NCBI RefSeq assembly: GCF_964213995.1
Contig: NC_135830.1
Location: 11,036,001-11,100,000 of the forward strand
Reading direction: 5' to 3'
DNA length: 64,000 nucleotides
Source of the DNA: Mustelus asterias
Lineage: Eukaryota
Shown here in pieces: positions 26,476-38,516 of the stretch. The translations under genes were made by a program, and so were the position numbers. Below the pieces are notes generated by a model. The model had not been told where the DNA came from. It was given only the letters and a program-made list of their open reading frames with translations, and did no database searches. Each line of letters begins with the position of its first letter. Within the stretch, counting starts at the first letter, position 1.

Positions 26476-27590
26476 TTTTTAGAATTTTATCAGTCTCTAT
26501 GAGATTCCCTCTCACTCTTCTAAACTCCACATAATATAATCCTAACTGACTTCGTCTCTCCTCACACGACAGACCAGGAATCAGTCTGGTAAATCTTCAT
26601 TGCCCTCGCTCTGCAGTAAGGACATCCTTCCTCAGATAAGGACACCAACACTGCACACAATACTCCAGTTGTGGGCTCACCAACGCCCTGTAAAATTGCA
26701 GTAAAATATCCCTATCCTTATACTCAAATCCTGTCGTTATGAAGGCCAGCATACCACTTGCCTTCTTTACCGCCTGCTGAACCTGTGGTGCTTTCTTTCA
26801 GCGCCAATACACATGGATGCCAAGCTGTCGCTGAATATTCACCGCTCAATTTATTCAAATAATAATCTGCCGTCCTATTGTTGCCTCCGAAGTGGATGAT
26901 CTCGCATTTGCCCACATTATACTGCATCTTCGATGCATATGTCCATTCACTCTGCCTGTTTAAATCAGGCTGAAGCATCGCTGCATCCTTCTCAGAGCTC
27001 ACCCTCTCACCTAACTTTGCGTCACCTGCAAATTGGAGAAAACACATTTAGTTCCCTCTTTGAAATCAATTATACACAATAAGAACAGTTGGGCTCCTAG
27101 CGTGGATCCCTGCGGTACCCCACTAGTCACTACCAGCCAATTGGAAAAACACTCATTTCTGCCAACTCTTTGCTTCCTATCTGCTAAGCAGCTTTCTATC
27201 CAGCTCAATACACTATCCATGCCACTTTTATGGTCGTACGCTATATGAGACCTTGCCGAAAGCATTTTAAAGTCTAAATAACCCATACCCACCAGTTTTC
27301 CTTGGTCACCTCTACTAGTTACATTCTCACACAATTCCAATAGATTTGCCAAGCATGATTTCCCCTTTGCAAATCCATGTTGACTTCGTCTGATTTTACC
27401 ACTGCCTTCCAAATGCTGAGTTATGAAATCCTTAATAATTGATTCGAGCAATTTCCTAGTTCTAATGTTCGGCTCTTTGCCTTATGGTTCACCCTATTTC
27501 TCTCTACCTCCCTTTTTGAATGGCGGGCGTATATTAGCTACCCTCCAATCTGTGGCGACCAGTTTAGAGTCTAAATATTTTTTCGAAAAT
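26476..27590 (-). mobile_element. Old degenerate CR1 RT fragment
   Basis: ORFs 27011-27451 (SQHGFAKGKSCL, GVPQGSTLG) and 26724-27047. Confidence 0.85.
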
Positions 27591-27829
27591 GCCCACAAAT
27601 GGATCAACTATTTGTTATGTTTCCCGCCTTCTTACTTTCACACTCTATTTTTTCCCTTCCGAATCAATTCCTGGGTCCTTTTGTGCTGAATTGAAACTGC
27701 TCCAAATTCTCAGGTCGATGGATTTATTTACCAATTTGTATGTTTCTTCTTCCCTTGTACGCGATGGCTTGGCCACAGTTCCCTTACCAGTCTTCCACAT
27801 CCGCTGTGCTAATATCTTTCTTCAATATC

Positions 27830-28143
27830 ACATAGGATCCCTACAGTGCAGAAGGAGGCCACTCGGATTATTGAGTCTGCACCGACCACAATCCCGGCCC
27901 TATTTCCGTAACCCAAATTATTTATCCTGTCAATCCCCTGACACGAGGGTCAATTTCGGATGGCCAATCAAGCTAACCCACACATCTTTGGACTGTGGGA
28001 GGAAACCGAGGCACCCGGAGGAAACCCAAGCAGACACGGGAAGAATGTGCCAACTCCACACAGGCAGTGATCCGAGTTCGGAATTGTACCCGGGACCCTG
28101 CCATTGAGGCAGCAGTGCTAACCACTCTGCCACCGTGCCGCCC
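27830..28143 (-). mobile_element. HE1-type SINE
   Basis: Reverse complement of the head GGGGCGGCACGGTGGCAGAGTGGTTAGCACTGCTG, plus the core. Confidence 0.85.
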
Positions 28144-28410
28144 CGCTTTAAGAAACAATGTACTCCATTTTTTTGCTTTCTGTCTGTCCTTCCTAAACAT
28201 CGAATGGCCCTCAATGTTTAGTTCCCATCCTTGCTAACCTTGGAGCCATGTCACCATAATGCCAAGTATATCATACATTTCTTTTTTTCAAATGTTCACA
28301 CACACACACAATGCGAGACCAACACACGCACACACACACACATTCAGAAAAACACACTGAGACAAGCAGACACAAGCAAACTCGCAAACGTACACACACA
28401 AACAGACAAA

Positions 28411-28757
28411 TGGGCGGCACCGTAGCGTAGTGGTTAGCACTGCTGCTTCACAGCTCCAGGGACCTGGGTTCGATTCCCAGCTTGGGTCACTGTCTGTGTG
28501 GAGTTTGCACATTCTCCTTGTATCTGCGTGGGTTCCCTCCGGGTGCTCCGGTTTCCTCCCACAGTCCAAAGATATGCGGGTTAGGTTAATTGGCCATGCT
28601 AAAAATTGCCCCTTAGTGTCCTGAGATGCGTAGATTAGAGGGATTAGCGGGTAAAATATGTAGGGATGTGGGGGTAGGGCCTGGGTGGGATTGTGTTCGG
28701 TGCAGACTCGATGGGCCGAATGGCCTCTTTCTGTACTGAAGGGTTTCTATGATTTCT
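28411..28757 (+). mobile_element. HE1-type SINE (young) inserted in a CA-rich array
   Basis: tRNA-like A/B boxes, conserved core and a CR1-like tail GGGCCGAATGGCCT...TTTCTATG. Confidence 0.9.
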
Positions 28758-29800
28758 AGGAAACAGTCACGAGCACACACACACAGAAACACACACACAG
28801 GATCTCACAAAAATCGATACAGGCAAACTCGCACACACAGGCCCATACACAGATATACTCGCTCAGACAAACACACGCACGCACCCACAGGCACACACAT
28901 ACTTTCTCTCTCTTTCAGACACACAGACACGCTGTCAGACAAATACATGCACACACACACACAGACACAAACACACACACGCATTTAGAAAAGTACAGAA
29001 AACATACACGCAATCACACAGGCAAATGCAGGCACACTTATTTCTGAGACGAACAGACACAGGAAAACTCGCAAACACAGAGAAACGCTCAGAAAAACAC
29101 AGGCACACACACACTCACAGACAAAGATACAATCACAAGAACACACTCAGACAAACACACACAAGCAAACTCTTGCACACAGCCATATACAGAGAAAAAT
29201 TCAGACAAAGAAAACATACACTCTCAGACATGCATGCACACACACAGTCACACTCGCTGGCAAATATACACACACAGACCCACACACAGCTGTACTATCA
29301 AACGAACACACAGGCACACACATACAAATTCACTCTGACGCAAACACACAGATACACACAATCTCTCAGACAAAACACACACACTTAGAGACAAACACAT
29401 AAGCACTCAGTCAAACACTCAGGCATACATACAATCACAGAAAAACACGTAGGCACCAACACACACACACAAACACCCAGGCAAACACAGTCACGCACAC
29501 AGAAACACACGCACACAGTCCAACATAGGCACACATATGATCTCAGTCAAGCAACATAGGCAAGGTTGTAAACTCACAGACACGCACTTTCAGCATAATA
29601 CACACACATACACACACATGAACAGACAATCAAACAGACACAAGCACACACCCACACACACACACACACACACGGACTCAGGCAAAAACAGTCACACAAT
29701 CTCAGAGAAATAGACACAAGCAAAGTCGCACATACGGACACATACTAATAAATACTCAGACAAAAGCAAACATACACACACTCTCAGATAAACACAGAGA
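28758..29800. repeat. Degenerate (CA)-rich low-complexity array
   Basis: Directly visible. Confidence 0.85.
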
Positions 29801-31199
29801 CTAACCAAAAAAAATCAGGATGGCGTCGGACCATAGCGACTTATTGCATGCTGTGCCCCGCATCTCTCTGATGTTATCTTTTACTCTCGGTCTTTGCTTC
29901 TAAAACTCTATTCTAATTCTTTTGAAATCTATAACAATGTTTCAATTAAATTGATCTTTCTCTACACCCTAGCTATGACTGTAACATTACATTCTGCAAT
30001 CTCTCATTTCCTTCTCTATGTGCGTGTAATGCCGTGTTTGTGAAACCTACCTTTCCACTCACGTAATGAAGGAGCAGCGCTCCGAAAGCTCGTGATTCCA
30101 AATAAACCTTAACCTGGCGTTTTGGGCCTTCTTACTGTTCTCTATGTGCGGTATGCTTTGTTTGTATAGCGCGCAAGAAACAATACTTTTCACTGTATAC
30201 TAATACACATGACAATAATAAATCAAATACAACAAAATCAAAAACATATACTCTCAGAAGAACACACAGAGACACACACACACAGACATACACACTATTA
30301 CGGACAGTCTCACAAACACAGAGACAGAGACCATAAAGTGTTGAGGTCAATTTCAGTTTACTCAACCTGCTGGGTAACGGAAGCAAACTTAAAACCAGTG
30401 TGTGGGTTTAATTGTGTAATGAGCTAATGTATAAATGTTTCACCATAGCCCAGGGTGGGGTTGTAGTTGATCATTTATCTGCTGTCTGTACCCCTGAACA
30501 AATGTCAAATTGGAGAGGTTATCAAGTTTGTATTATAATGTAATGATGTGAAACATGTGGGAGAAGAATTGGTGTGATAAAGGGTGGAAAACAAACTGGG
30601 GGATGAGACTGAAGCTGCTGTGCAGACTGAATAGTTCTTGTTGTGTGAATGGAGGGACACATGTCGGGACGGATGGAGGGAGGAAGGGATGGACGGATGG
30701 ATGGACCGATGGACCGATCGAGGGAGGGAGCAATGGATGGAGGGATGGATGGGGGTGAATCTGAGAAGCTGAAGATTAAATTTAAGAGGTTCCCAGTGTC
30801 ACTGAACAACTGACCTGGGTGTAGCCATTGGGCAGAGACTATGCTTGCTGCTCTTTCCCCTCCTGGCGCCAGGGGTCACTGGGACACTCCCTGCAGCTGC
30901 TGCTGCTGCTCATCACAATGTCACATCTTGGCCGTACCCTGGACCAGCTGCAGCTCTTTGGCGGAACATCAGGAGCCAGTGGTGGGGAAGGACTGGCCGT
31001 CCTATTTCAGTGACGTCACCACCAGCCCCGACACCCGCCGTTTATTTTAAGAAAAAAAACGACTGTTCAGAAATGGAGAAAGTGACTGAAATTCTGAACC
31101 AGACAGGCCACCGGGAGGTGATTTATATGTAAATAAAAATACAATTATTAATTTAATATGAAAGATGCCGAAGGCGAAACTGCACATGCGCCGTATGTT

Positions 31200-31630
31200 C
31201 TCTGCGGGAAGATGGATACAGAACAGGTTTAGCCATAGAAGACAGAGGGTAGCGGTAGAGGAGTGATTTTCTGACTGGAAGGCTGTGACTAGCCATGATC
31301 CACAGGGATTAGTTCCGGAACCTTTGCTGTTCGTAGTATATGTAAATGATTTGGAGGAAAATGTAGCTGGTATAATTGTAAGTTCACAGACGACACACAA
31401 ATGTGTGGAGTTGCGGAGAGTGAAGAGGATTGTCAGAGGATACAGCTACAGCAAAAGATAAACCGGTTGGAGACTTGGGCGGAAAAATGGCAGATGGAGT
31501 TTAATCTGGACAAGTGTGAGATAATGCATTTTGGAAGGTCCAATGCATGTCGGGATTATATAGGAAAGGTAGAACCCTTAGGCGTATTGATAAGCAGAGA
31601 GATCTCGACGTACATATCCACCGATCACTG
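31200..31630 (+). mobile_element. Degenerate CR1 RT fragment
   Basis: ORF 31401-31631 WAEKWQMEFNLDKCEIMHFGR. Confidence 0.8.
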
Positions 31631-32254
31631 ATAACATCAAAGGATAGCGGCTGAATGACAGAATCTCCAAGGTTCAAACCCGAAAAAAAGAAATAAGACG
31701 GTAGTGGGTTTAAATTTGTGATTCAAACCATGCTTGCGAACAGAGAGAAAATGTGCGACATGTTTTGTCCACAATTCCCAGTCTGGTGAGGTGACTGCGA
31801 GTAAATGGAAGAACACTGAACTGGGATATAATTAATGTCCTTATCGGGGCAAGGTGTCCTTTGGTGTTATTCACATCAGAAGAAAATCCTGATCTAGTTA
31901 TGGTAAGGCCGTAAAAGGTATCAGGAAACAACAAAGCTCTAAAATTACGCTCGAAATGACAGTGGCATTGTGGGGAAATTCAGTAATATTCGCAAAAAAG
32001 CATTCACACAAGCACGCTGTGTACCGACTGTGATCAAATGGACCGAGAAACGGAAAGGGGAGATGGGAAAGGGCTGGCCAATAATTGATACAGACTAGGA
32101 AATAACACCAAAGACAAAATGTCAGCTGACGCACCACGAACTCACTTTGGTGAATGCCTTCGCTCGGAATTATAATACATTTCTGTTACTCTCGCTTATT
32201 ATTCCTGTTTTTCGGGTGAGCGCGCCCTCTGCTGATCACTAACTGGAACTATCA

Positions 32255-32538
32255 GTGCGGTGCTTTTGTCTGGGATCCGCTCTTTCTCTGCAGCAGAAAC
32301 ACAATCGGAGAGAAGCGTCCTGGTGACATTTGAGGAACAGTGTTCCTTTGTACAAAGTAGGCAATATTTTTCCACATCCTCCGAGCTATAAATCCTCATT
32401 AAATATCTCGGAGTTTCGCTGGGATACAGGAACAGAGTAGAGAGAGTAGCTGTCGAGTATTTACAATCCAGCATTATGCTCTGTGCTTGGAGAACCCTTA
32501 ATTCAGATTGATCATTGGACACAGAATCATCACTATTT
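32255..32538 (-). pseudogene. Degenerate TCR alpha/delta V pseudogene
   Basis: DSVSNDQSELRVLQAQSIMLDCKYST...PSETPRYLMRIYS...LLSD. The WYxQ and YYC motifs are lost and no clean RSS is present. Confidence 0.65.
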
Positions 32539-33619
32539 CTGCAACAAAACACAGAATGTATCAAATATCTGGGAGTGAAAATAACACTTGGAACAAATAT
32601 TCCCCATTTTTTAGTTCGTTTATGTCTGTTTTGCTGCAGCTGTTTCTCTGATTGTATCTTCCTCTAAATCTATTCCTGATTCATTCATTTATATCACCGG
32701 TTCTTGCTCTGCTTAACTCCAGGTCTCGCCTCCAATTCCAATTATTCAATCCCTCTTGTTTTCTTCCCATATCTCCACCTACATTTCTCCCTTGTCTCTC
32801 CCTTACAGGTTTCAATAACAGATATCCCGCATAATGGACCATCAGCTGGTGCTCAGGTCCATCGTAATATTTTGATACTTTGAAAAAATTCCAGTAGTCA
32901 ATTTACATTCCACTCCATGGAAGTACTCCAGAATGTGATGCATGTTGCTGTTGTTAGGAGTGAGATTAATCAACAACTTGCAGCCAATGCACATAGTACA
33001 AATCATGTATATCCAACGCCCAGCATATCGACAGACATATCAAACACTCCCGCATTAATGTCAAATATTAATTTCCACACCAAATGCCGTTATTAGTCAT
33101 TTCCTTGGATATAATGAAACACAGGAGGAATTGCAACATTAAACCGACGGGTATGTTCTCGGTGCCAATATGAAATAATGGATGTCTATGTGTACATATG
33201 ATAGGGGAGATCTGAAATAAAAACAGAAAATTGCTGGAAAGACTCTGTGGAGAGAGAAACTGAGCTAAGCTTTTGCGACTTTGAAACTCCGAGTTGGCTG
33301 AGCGAAGGAGATAATTCTGCCTTTTACTGAAAAGGATATATGAAAATTCTGTCCCAAGGCAACTAATCGTAAACCACACATCAGTGTTGCATTTCTACTT
33401 TGTCCTCGGTGACGACATGAAAGATATTTACCATGGAAGTAATATATACGATTACTTATTCCATTAAACCTCCATTGACGTCATTCTCCTTTAATATTCT
33501 GGATCGAGAGAATGCAGAAACCAGGAAACGGCAATTAGTGGAATTGCAGCTTCCCGTTTTGATTTTAAGCGAGCAATTTTTGAAGGAGAGTGTTGACCAT
33601 AAAAAACAACTTTCGTTTG

Positions 33620-33924
33620 CATGGACAATTATCGGTGGAGTGTCTGCGATCTCTCAATCACAGCAGATATTAACACAAGAGTGACAATCGATTGAAATCC
33701 AATGAAATACAATCATCTGATGCCCTGGGAGCATCCGCTCGTTCAGCATGCAACAGAACCGTGGCCTGAAATTTGTCATTTCATCTGTTAGCAGAAACGC
33801 CACAGACTCTTCAAACTCTTCATTCACTCAACAAGACCTTTGACCAGTCCTAATGGAGACAGCACATCGGTATCAGGCGCTGGGGTGTGTTACTGTGTCA
33901 GTGAGTCACTGAGACACAAAACCC
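33620..33924 (+). pseudogene. Highly degenerate V pseudogene remnant
   Basis: ISQSQQILTQE*QSIEIQ*NTII*CPGSIRSFSMQQNRGLKFVI, then after a frameshift VSGAGVCYCVSE. A nonamer-like ACAAAACCC lies at 33916-33924. Confidence 0.45.
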
Positions 33925-34692
33925 GAACGTAGCAGATAAACTATCCATTTATATCCCGAGGTGATGAGAAGCTTTTTTTATTGGTCGAGGTTCATCCTAA
34001 GCAACTCCGTGATGAAGGACTCTGTGCTCTACGAGCTGTTCCCAGGGACAAACCGAGACAAGTACCAATTGCTGTTGGAGAATTTTCAACTCGGTAAAAT
34101 ACACGATTTGCCTTCCCGAAACGAGTTGATTTTCATGTGCAAAGAATTGTCCTCGATCGAGTGTTGCAGACAACACATTCCAGGGCACAGGACTACCGAT
34201 TGAGGGACGCACTAAACCTTGGGGCAGTTGCTGCAAAGGCGCAATGGGGAAAACGGCGACCTTTCGGCCATTGTGATCTGAGGGGAGCAGAACTCTATAT
34301 GAACGCCCCATGCTGTTGGACTCACATTGAATGAATGCAGTGAATATTACACCTCTCGCAATTCTACTGAAGCACCTGAGAGTGTAACTTGTTCAATGTA
34401 GACAACCTAAATGACATCGCCCTTCCTGTATTGACGATCTTGAAAGATGTATTATGTTCCATTGATTGCACTGAAGCTCTTCAATGTGCAACATTATCTT
34501 TGCAGAAAACTTCAGTATCACTGCACTTTCTGAAATGACCATTTTGCAACGTTCTGTAATGTTTCATTGAATGCGTTGAAGCGCGTCAGAGTGCAAAATT
34601 ATCTGTGTCCGAAACATAGAACATAGAACATTACAGCACAGAACAGGCCCTTCGGCCCACGATGTTGTGCCGACCTTCATCTGAAACCAAGA

Positions 34693-37600
34693 TCAAGCTA
34701 TCCCACTCCCTACCATCCTGGTGTGCTCCATGTGCCTATCCAATAACCGCTTAAATGTTCCTAAAGTGTCTGACTCCACTATCACTGCAGGCAGTCCATT
34801 CCACACCCCAACCACTCTCTGCGTGAAGAACCTACCTCTGATATCCTTCCTATATCTCCCACCATGAACCCTATAGTTATGCCCCCTTGTAATAGTTCCA
34901 TCCACCCGAGGAAATAGTCTTTGAACGTTCACTCGATCTATCCCCTTCATCATTTTATAAACCTCTATTAAGTCTCCCCTCAATCTCCTCCGCTCCAGAG
35001 AGAACAGCCCCAGCTCCCTCAACCTTTCCTCATAAGACCGACGCTCCAAACCAGGCAGCATCCTGGTAAATCTCCTCTGCACTCTTTCCAGCGCTTCCAC
35101 ATCCTTCTTATAGTGAGGTGACCAGAACTGCACGCAATATTCCAAATGCGGTCTCACCAAGGTCCTGTACAGTTGCAGCATAACCCCACGGCTCTTAAAC
35201 TCCAACCCCCTGTTAATAAAAGCTAACACACTATATGCCTTCTTCACAGCTCTATCCACTTGAGTGGCAACCTTTAGAGATCTGTGGATATGGACCCCAA
35301 GATCTCTCTGTTCCTCCACAGTCTTCAGAACCCTACCTTTGACCCTGTAATCCACATTTAAATTAGTCCTACCAAAATGAATCACCTCACATTTATCAGG
35401 GTTAAACTCCATTTGCCATTTTTCAGCCCAGCTTTGCATCCTATCTATGTCTCTTTGCAGCCTACAACAGCCCTCCACCTCATCCACTACTCCACCAATC
35501 TTGGTGTCATCAGCAAATTTACTGATCCACCCTTCAGCCCCCTCCTCTAAGTCATTAATAAAAATCACAAAGAGCAGAGGACCAAGCACCGATCCCTGCG
35601 GCACTCCTCTAGCAACCTGCCTCCAGTCCGAAAATTTTCCATCCACCACCACCCTCTGTCTTCGATCAGATAGCCAGTTACCTATCCAATCGGCCAACTT
35701 TCCCTCTATCCCACACCTCCTTACTTTCATCATAAGCCGACCATGGGGGACCTTATCAAACGCCTTACTAAAATCCATGTATATGACATCAACCGCCCTA
35801 CCTTCATCAACACACCTAGTTACCTCCTCAAAAAATTCTATCAAATTTGTGAGGCACGATTTGCCCTTCACAAATCCGTGCTGACTATCCCGGATTAATC
35901 CGCATCTTTCTAAATGGTCGTAAATCCCATCCCTAAGGACCTTTTCCATCAATTTACCAACCACCGAAGTCAGACTAACCGGTCTATAATTACCAGGGTC
36001 ATTTCTATTCCCTTTCTTAAACAGAGGAACAACATTTGCCACTCTCCAGTCCTCTGGCACCATCCCCGTGGACAGCGAGGACCCAAAGATCAAAGCCAAA
36101 GGCTCTGCAATCTCATCCCTCGCCTCCCAAAGAATCCTAGGATACATTTCATCAGGCCCAGGGGACTTATCGACCTTCAGTTTATTCAAAACTGCCAAGA
36201 CATCCTCCCTCCGAACATCTATTTCCTCCAGCCTTTTAGCCTGTAACACCTTCTCTTCCTGAAAAACATGGCCCCTCTCCTTGGTGAACACTGAAGAAAA
36301 GTATTCATTCATCACCTCGTCTATCTCTACTGATTCCATACACAAGTTCCCACCACTGTCCTTGACCGGCCCTAACCTCGCCCTGGTCATTCTTTTATTC
36401 CTCACATAAGAGTAAAAAGCCTTGGGGTTTTCCTTGATCCGACCCGCCAAGGACTTCTCATGTCCCCTCCTAGCTCTCCTGAGCCCCTTTTTCAGCTCAT
36501 TCCTTGCTAACTTGTAACCCTCAATCGAGCCATCTGAACCTTGTTTCCTCATCCCTACATAAGCTTCCCTCTTCCTTTTCACAAGACATTCCACCTCTTT
36601 TGTGAACCACGGTTCCCTCACTCGGCCATTTCCTCCCTGCCTGACAGGGACATACCTATCAAGGACACCCAGTATTTGTTCCTTGAAAAAGTTCCACTTT
36701 TCATCAGTGCCTTTCCCTGACAGTTTCTGTTCCCATCTTATGCCCCCTAATTCTTGCCTAATCGCATCATAATTACCTCTCCCCCAATTGTAAGCCTTGC
36801 CCTGCCGTCCGGCCCTATCCCTCTCCATTGCAATAACAAAAGACACCGAATTGTGGTCACTATCTCCAAAGTTCTCTCCCACAACCAAATCTAACACTTG
36901 GCCTGGTTCATTTCCCAGTACCAAATCCAATGTGGCCTCACCCCTTGTCGGCCTATCCACATATTGTGTCAGGAAACCCTCCTGCACACACTGCACAAAA
37001 AGTGCCCCATCCAAACTATTCGACCTACAAAGGTTCCAATCAATATTTGGAAAGTTAAAGTCCCCCATGACAACTACCCTGTGACCCCCACACGTATCCA
37101 TAATCTGCTTTGCAATTTCTTCCTCCACATCTCTATTACTATTTGGGGGCCTATAGTAAACTCCTAGCAATGTGACCGCTCCTTTCCTGTTTCTAACTGC
37201 AGCCCATATTACCTCAGTGTGCATATTCCCCTCAAAGTGCTTTTCCGCAGCCGTTAAACTATCCTTGATTAACAATGCTACTCCTCCACCTCTTTTACCA
37301 GCTTCCCTACACTTACTGAAACATCTATACCCCGGAACGTCCAACAACCATTCCTGTCCTTGTTCTACCCACGTCTCCGTAATGGCCACAACATCGTAGT
37401 CCCAAGTAGCAATCCACGCCCCAAGTTCATCCACCTTGTTCCGGATGCTCCTTGCATTGAAGTAGACACACTTCAACCCATCTTCCTGTCTACCTGTACC
37501 CACCCTTGACCTTGATACCTTCCCCAATATCTCACCACCCTCAACACTGACTTCCGGACTACAACTCCTTTTCCCACTCCCCTGACAAATTAGTGTCAAT

Positions 37601-37710
37601 CCCCCTGAAGAGCCGTAGCAAATTTCCCTCCCAGGATATTGGTGCCCCTCTGGTTCAGGTGCACCCCGTCCTGTTTGTAGAGGTCCCACCTTCCCCAGAA
37701 CGTGTTCCAA
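34693..37710 (-). CDS. CR1 ORF2 (AP endonuclease + reverse transcriptase), 1005 codons open
   Basis: YFNARS, ITETW, GDFNFP, SDH, YRPVSLTS, DFSKAFD, GVPQGS and FADD. The ORF-track start is TTG; there is no ATG before the APE domain. Confidence 0.93.
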   Translation of the reverse strand: MEHVLGKVGPLQTGRGAPEPEGHQYPGREICYGSSGGLTLICQGSGKRSCSPEVSVEGGEILGKVSRSRVGTGRQEDGLKCVYFNARSIRNKVDELGAWIATWDYDVVAITETWVEQGQEWLLDVPGYRCFSKCREAGKRGGGVALLIKDSLTAAEKHFEGNMHTEVIWAAVRNRKGAVTLLGVYYRPPNSNRDVEEEIAKQIMDTCGGHRVVVMGDFNFPNIDWNLCRSNSLDGALFVQCVQEGFLTQYVDRPTRGEATLDLVLGNEPGQVLDLVVGENFGDSDHNSVSFVIAMERDRAGRQGKAYNWGRGNYDAIRQELGGIRWEQKLSGKGTDEKWNFFKEQILGVLDRYVPVRQGGNGRVREPWFTKEVECLVKRKREAYVGMRKQGSDGSIEGYKLARNELKKGLRRARRGHEKSLAGRIKENPKAFYSYVRNKRMTRARLGPVKDSGGNLCMESVEIDEVMNEYFSSVFTKERGHVFQEEKVLQAKRLEEIDVRREDVLAVLNKLKVDKSPGPDEMYPRILWEARDEIAEPLALIFGSSLSTGMVPEDWRVANVVPLFKKGNRNDPGNYRPVSLTSVVGKLMEKVLRDGIYDHLERCGLIRDSQHGFVKGKSCLTNLIEFFEEVTRCVDEGRAVDVIYMDFSKAFDKVPHGRLMMKVRRCGIEGKLADWIGNWLSDRRQRVVVDGKFSDWRQVARGVPQGSVLGPLLFVIFINDLEEGAEGWISKFADDTKIGGVVDEVEGCCRLQRDIDRMQSWAEKWQMEFNPDKCEVIHFGRTNLNVDYRVKGRVLKTVEEQRDLGVHIHRSLKVATQVDRAVKKAYSVLAFINRGLEFKSRGVMLQLYRTLVRPHLEYCVQFWSPHYKKDVEALERVQRRFTRMLPGLERRSYEERLRELGLFSLERRRLRGDLIEVYKMMKGIDRVNVQRLFPRVDGTITRGHNYRVHGGRYRKDIRGRFFTQRVVGVWNGLPAVIVESDTLGTFKRLLDRHMEHTRMVGSGIA

Positions 37711-38516
37711 TTATCCACGTATCTGAAACCCTCCCTCCTGCACCATCCCTGCAACCACATGTTTAAGTGCACTCTCTCCCTGTTCCTCAACTCGCTATCA
37801 CGTGGCACCGGTAGCGTACCAGAGATGACCACATGTTTTGTCTTTGCTCTCAGCTTCCAGCCCAGCTCCCGAAATTCCTGTTTTAAATCCCCGTCCCTTC
37901 TCTTACCTATGTCGTTGGTACCAATGTGTACCACGACTTGTGACTGTTTCCCCTCCCCCTTAAGAATCCGGAAAACACGGTCCGAGACGTCACGGACCCT
38001 GGCATCCGCTAGGCAACAAACCATACTCGAGTCTCTTTTGCTGCCACAGAACCTCCTATCTATCCCTCTAACTAATGAGTCCCCAATAACTATTGCCCTC
38101 CCGCTCTCCTCCTTACCCTCCTGAGCCACAGGGACGGACTCAGTGCTGGAGATCCTCTCACTGCGGCTCACCACTGGTATGTCGTCCCCCTCAACCGTAT
38201 CCAAAGCGGAATACTTGTTGCTAAGGGGAACGACCACAAGGGATCCCTGCACCGACTGCTTCTTCCCAGCCCCTCTCACCGTCACCGATCTATTTTCATT
38301 CCTCGGAGTAACTGTATCCCTGAAGCTTCTGTCTATGGCCATCTCTGCATCCCTAATGATCCTAAGTTCCTCCAACTCCAGCTCCAGTTCCCTTACACGG
38401 TTTTGGAGGAGCTGCAGATGGATGCACTTCTCACAGGTATAATCAGCAGGGGCACTGACGTCGTCCCTCACCTCGAACATAGTGCAAGAGGAACATTGCA
38501 CTGCCTTCACACCCAT
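37596..38516 (-). CDS. CR1 ORF1 protein (CxxC-CxxC zinc finger, leucine zipper, SGNH/GDSL esterase), 306 aa
   Basis: QCSSC...TCEKC, LQNRVRELELELEEL, IGDSL, HIGTND and DGVHLN. Confidence 0.9.
   Translation of the reverse strand: MGVKAVQCSSCTMFEVRDDVSAPADYTCEKCIHLQLLQNRVRELELELEELRIIRDAEMAIDRSFRDTVTPRNENRSVTVRGAGKKQSVQGSLVVVPLSNKYSALDTVEGDDIPVVSRSERISSTESVPVAQEGKEESGRAIVIGDSLVRGIDRRFCGSKRDSSMVCCLADARVRDVSDRVFRILKGEGKQSQVVVHIGTNDIGKRRDGDLKQEFRELGWKLRAKTKHVVISGTLPVPRDSELRNRERVHLNMWLQGWCRREGFRYVDNWNTFWGRWDLYKQDGVHLNQRGTNILGGKFATALQGD

Noticed and set aside
22839-29800. His/Thr-rich and Cys/Val-rich ORFs
   Set aside because: These are translations of (CA)n/(GT)n low-complexity DNA.
33100-33140. 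Possible leader (MLQFLLCFIISK) for the V pseudogene at 32.3-32.5 kb
   Set aside because: No GT donor; too weak to support.
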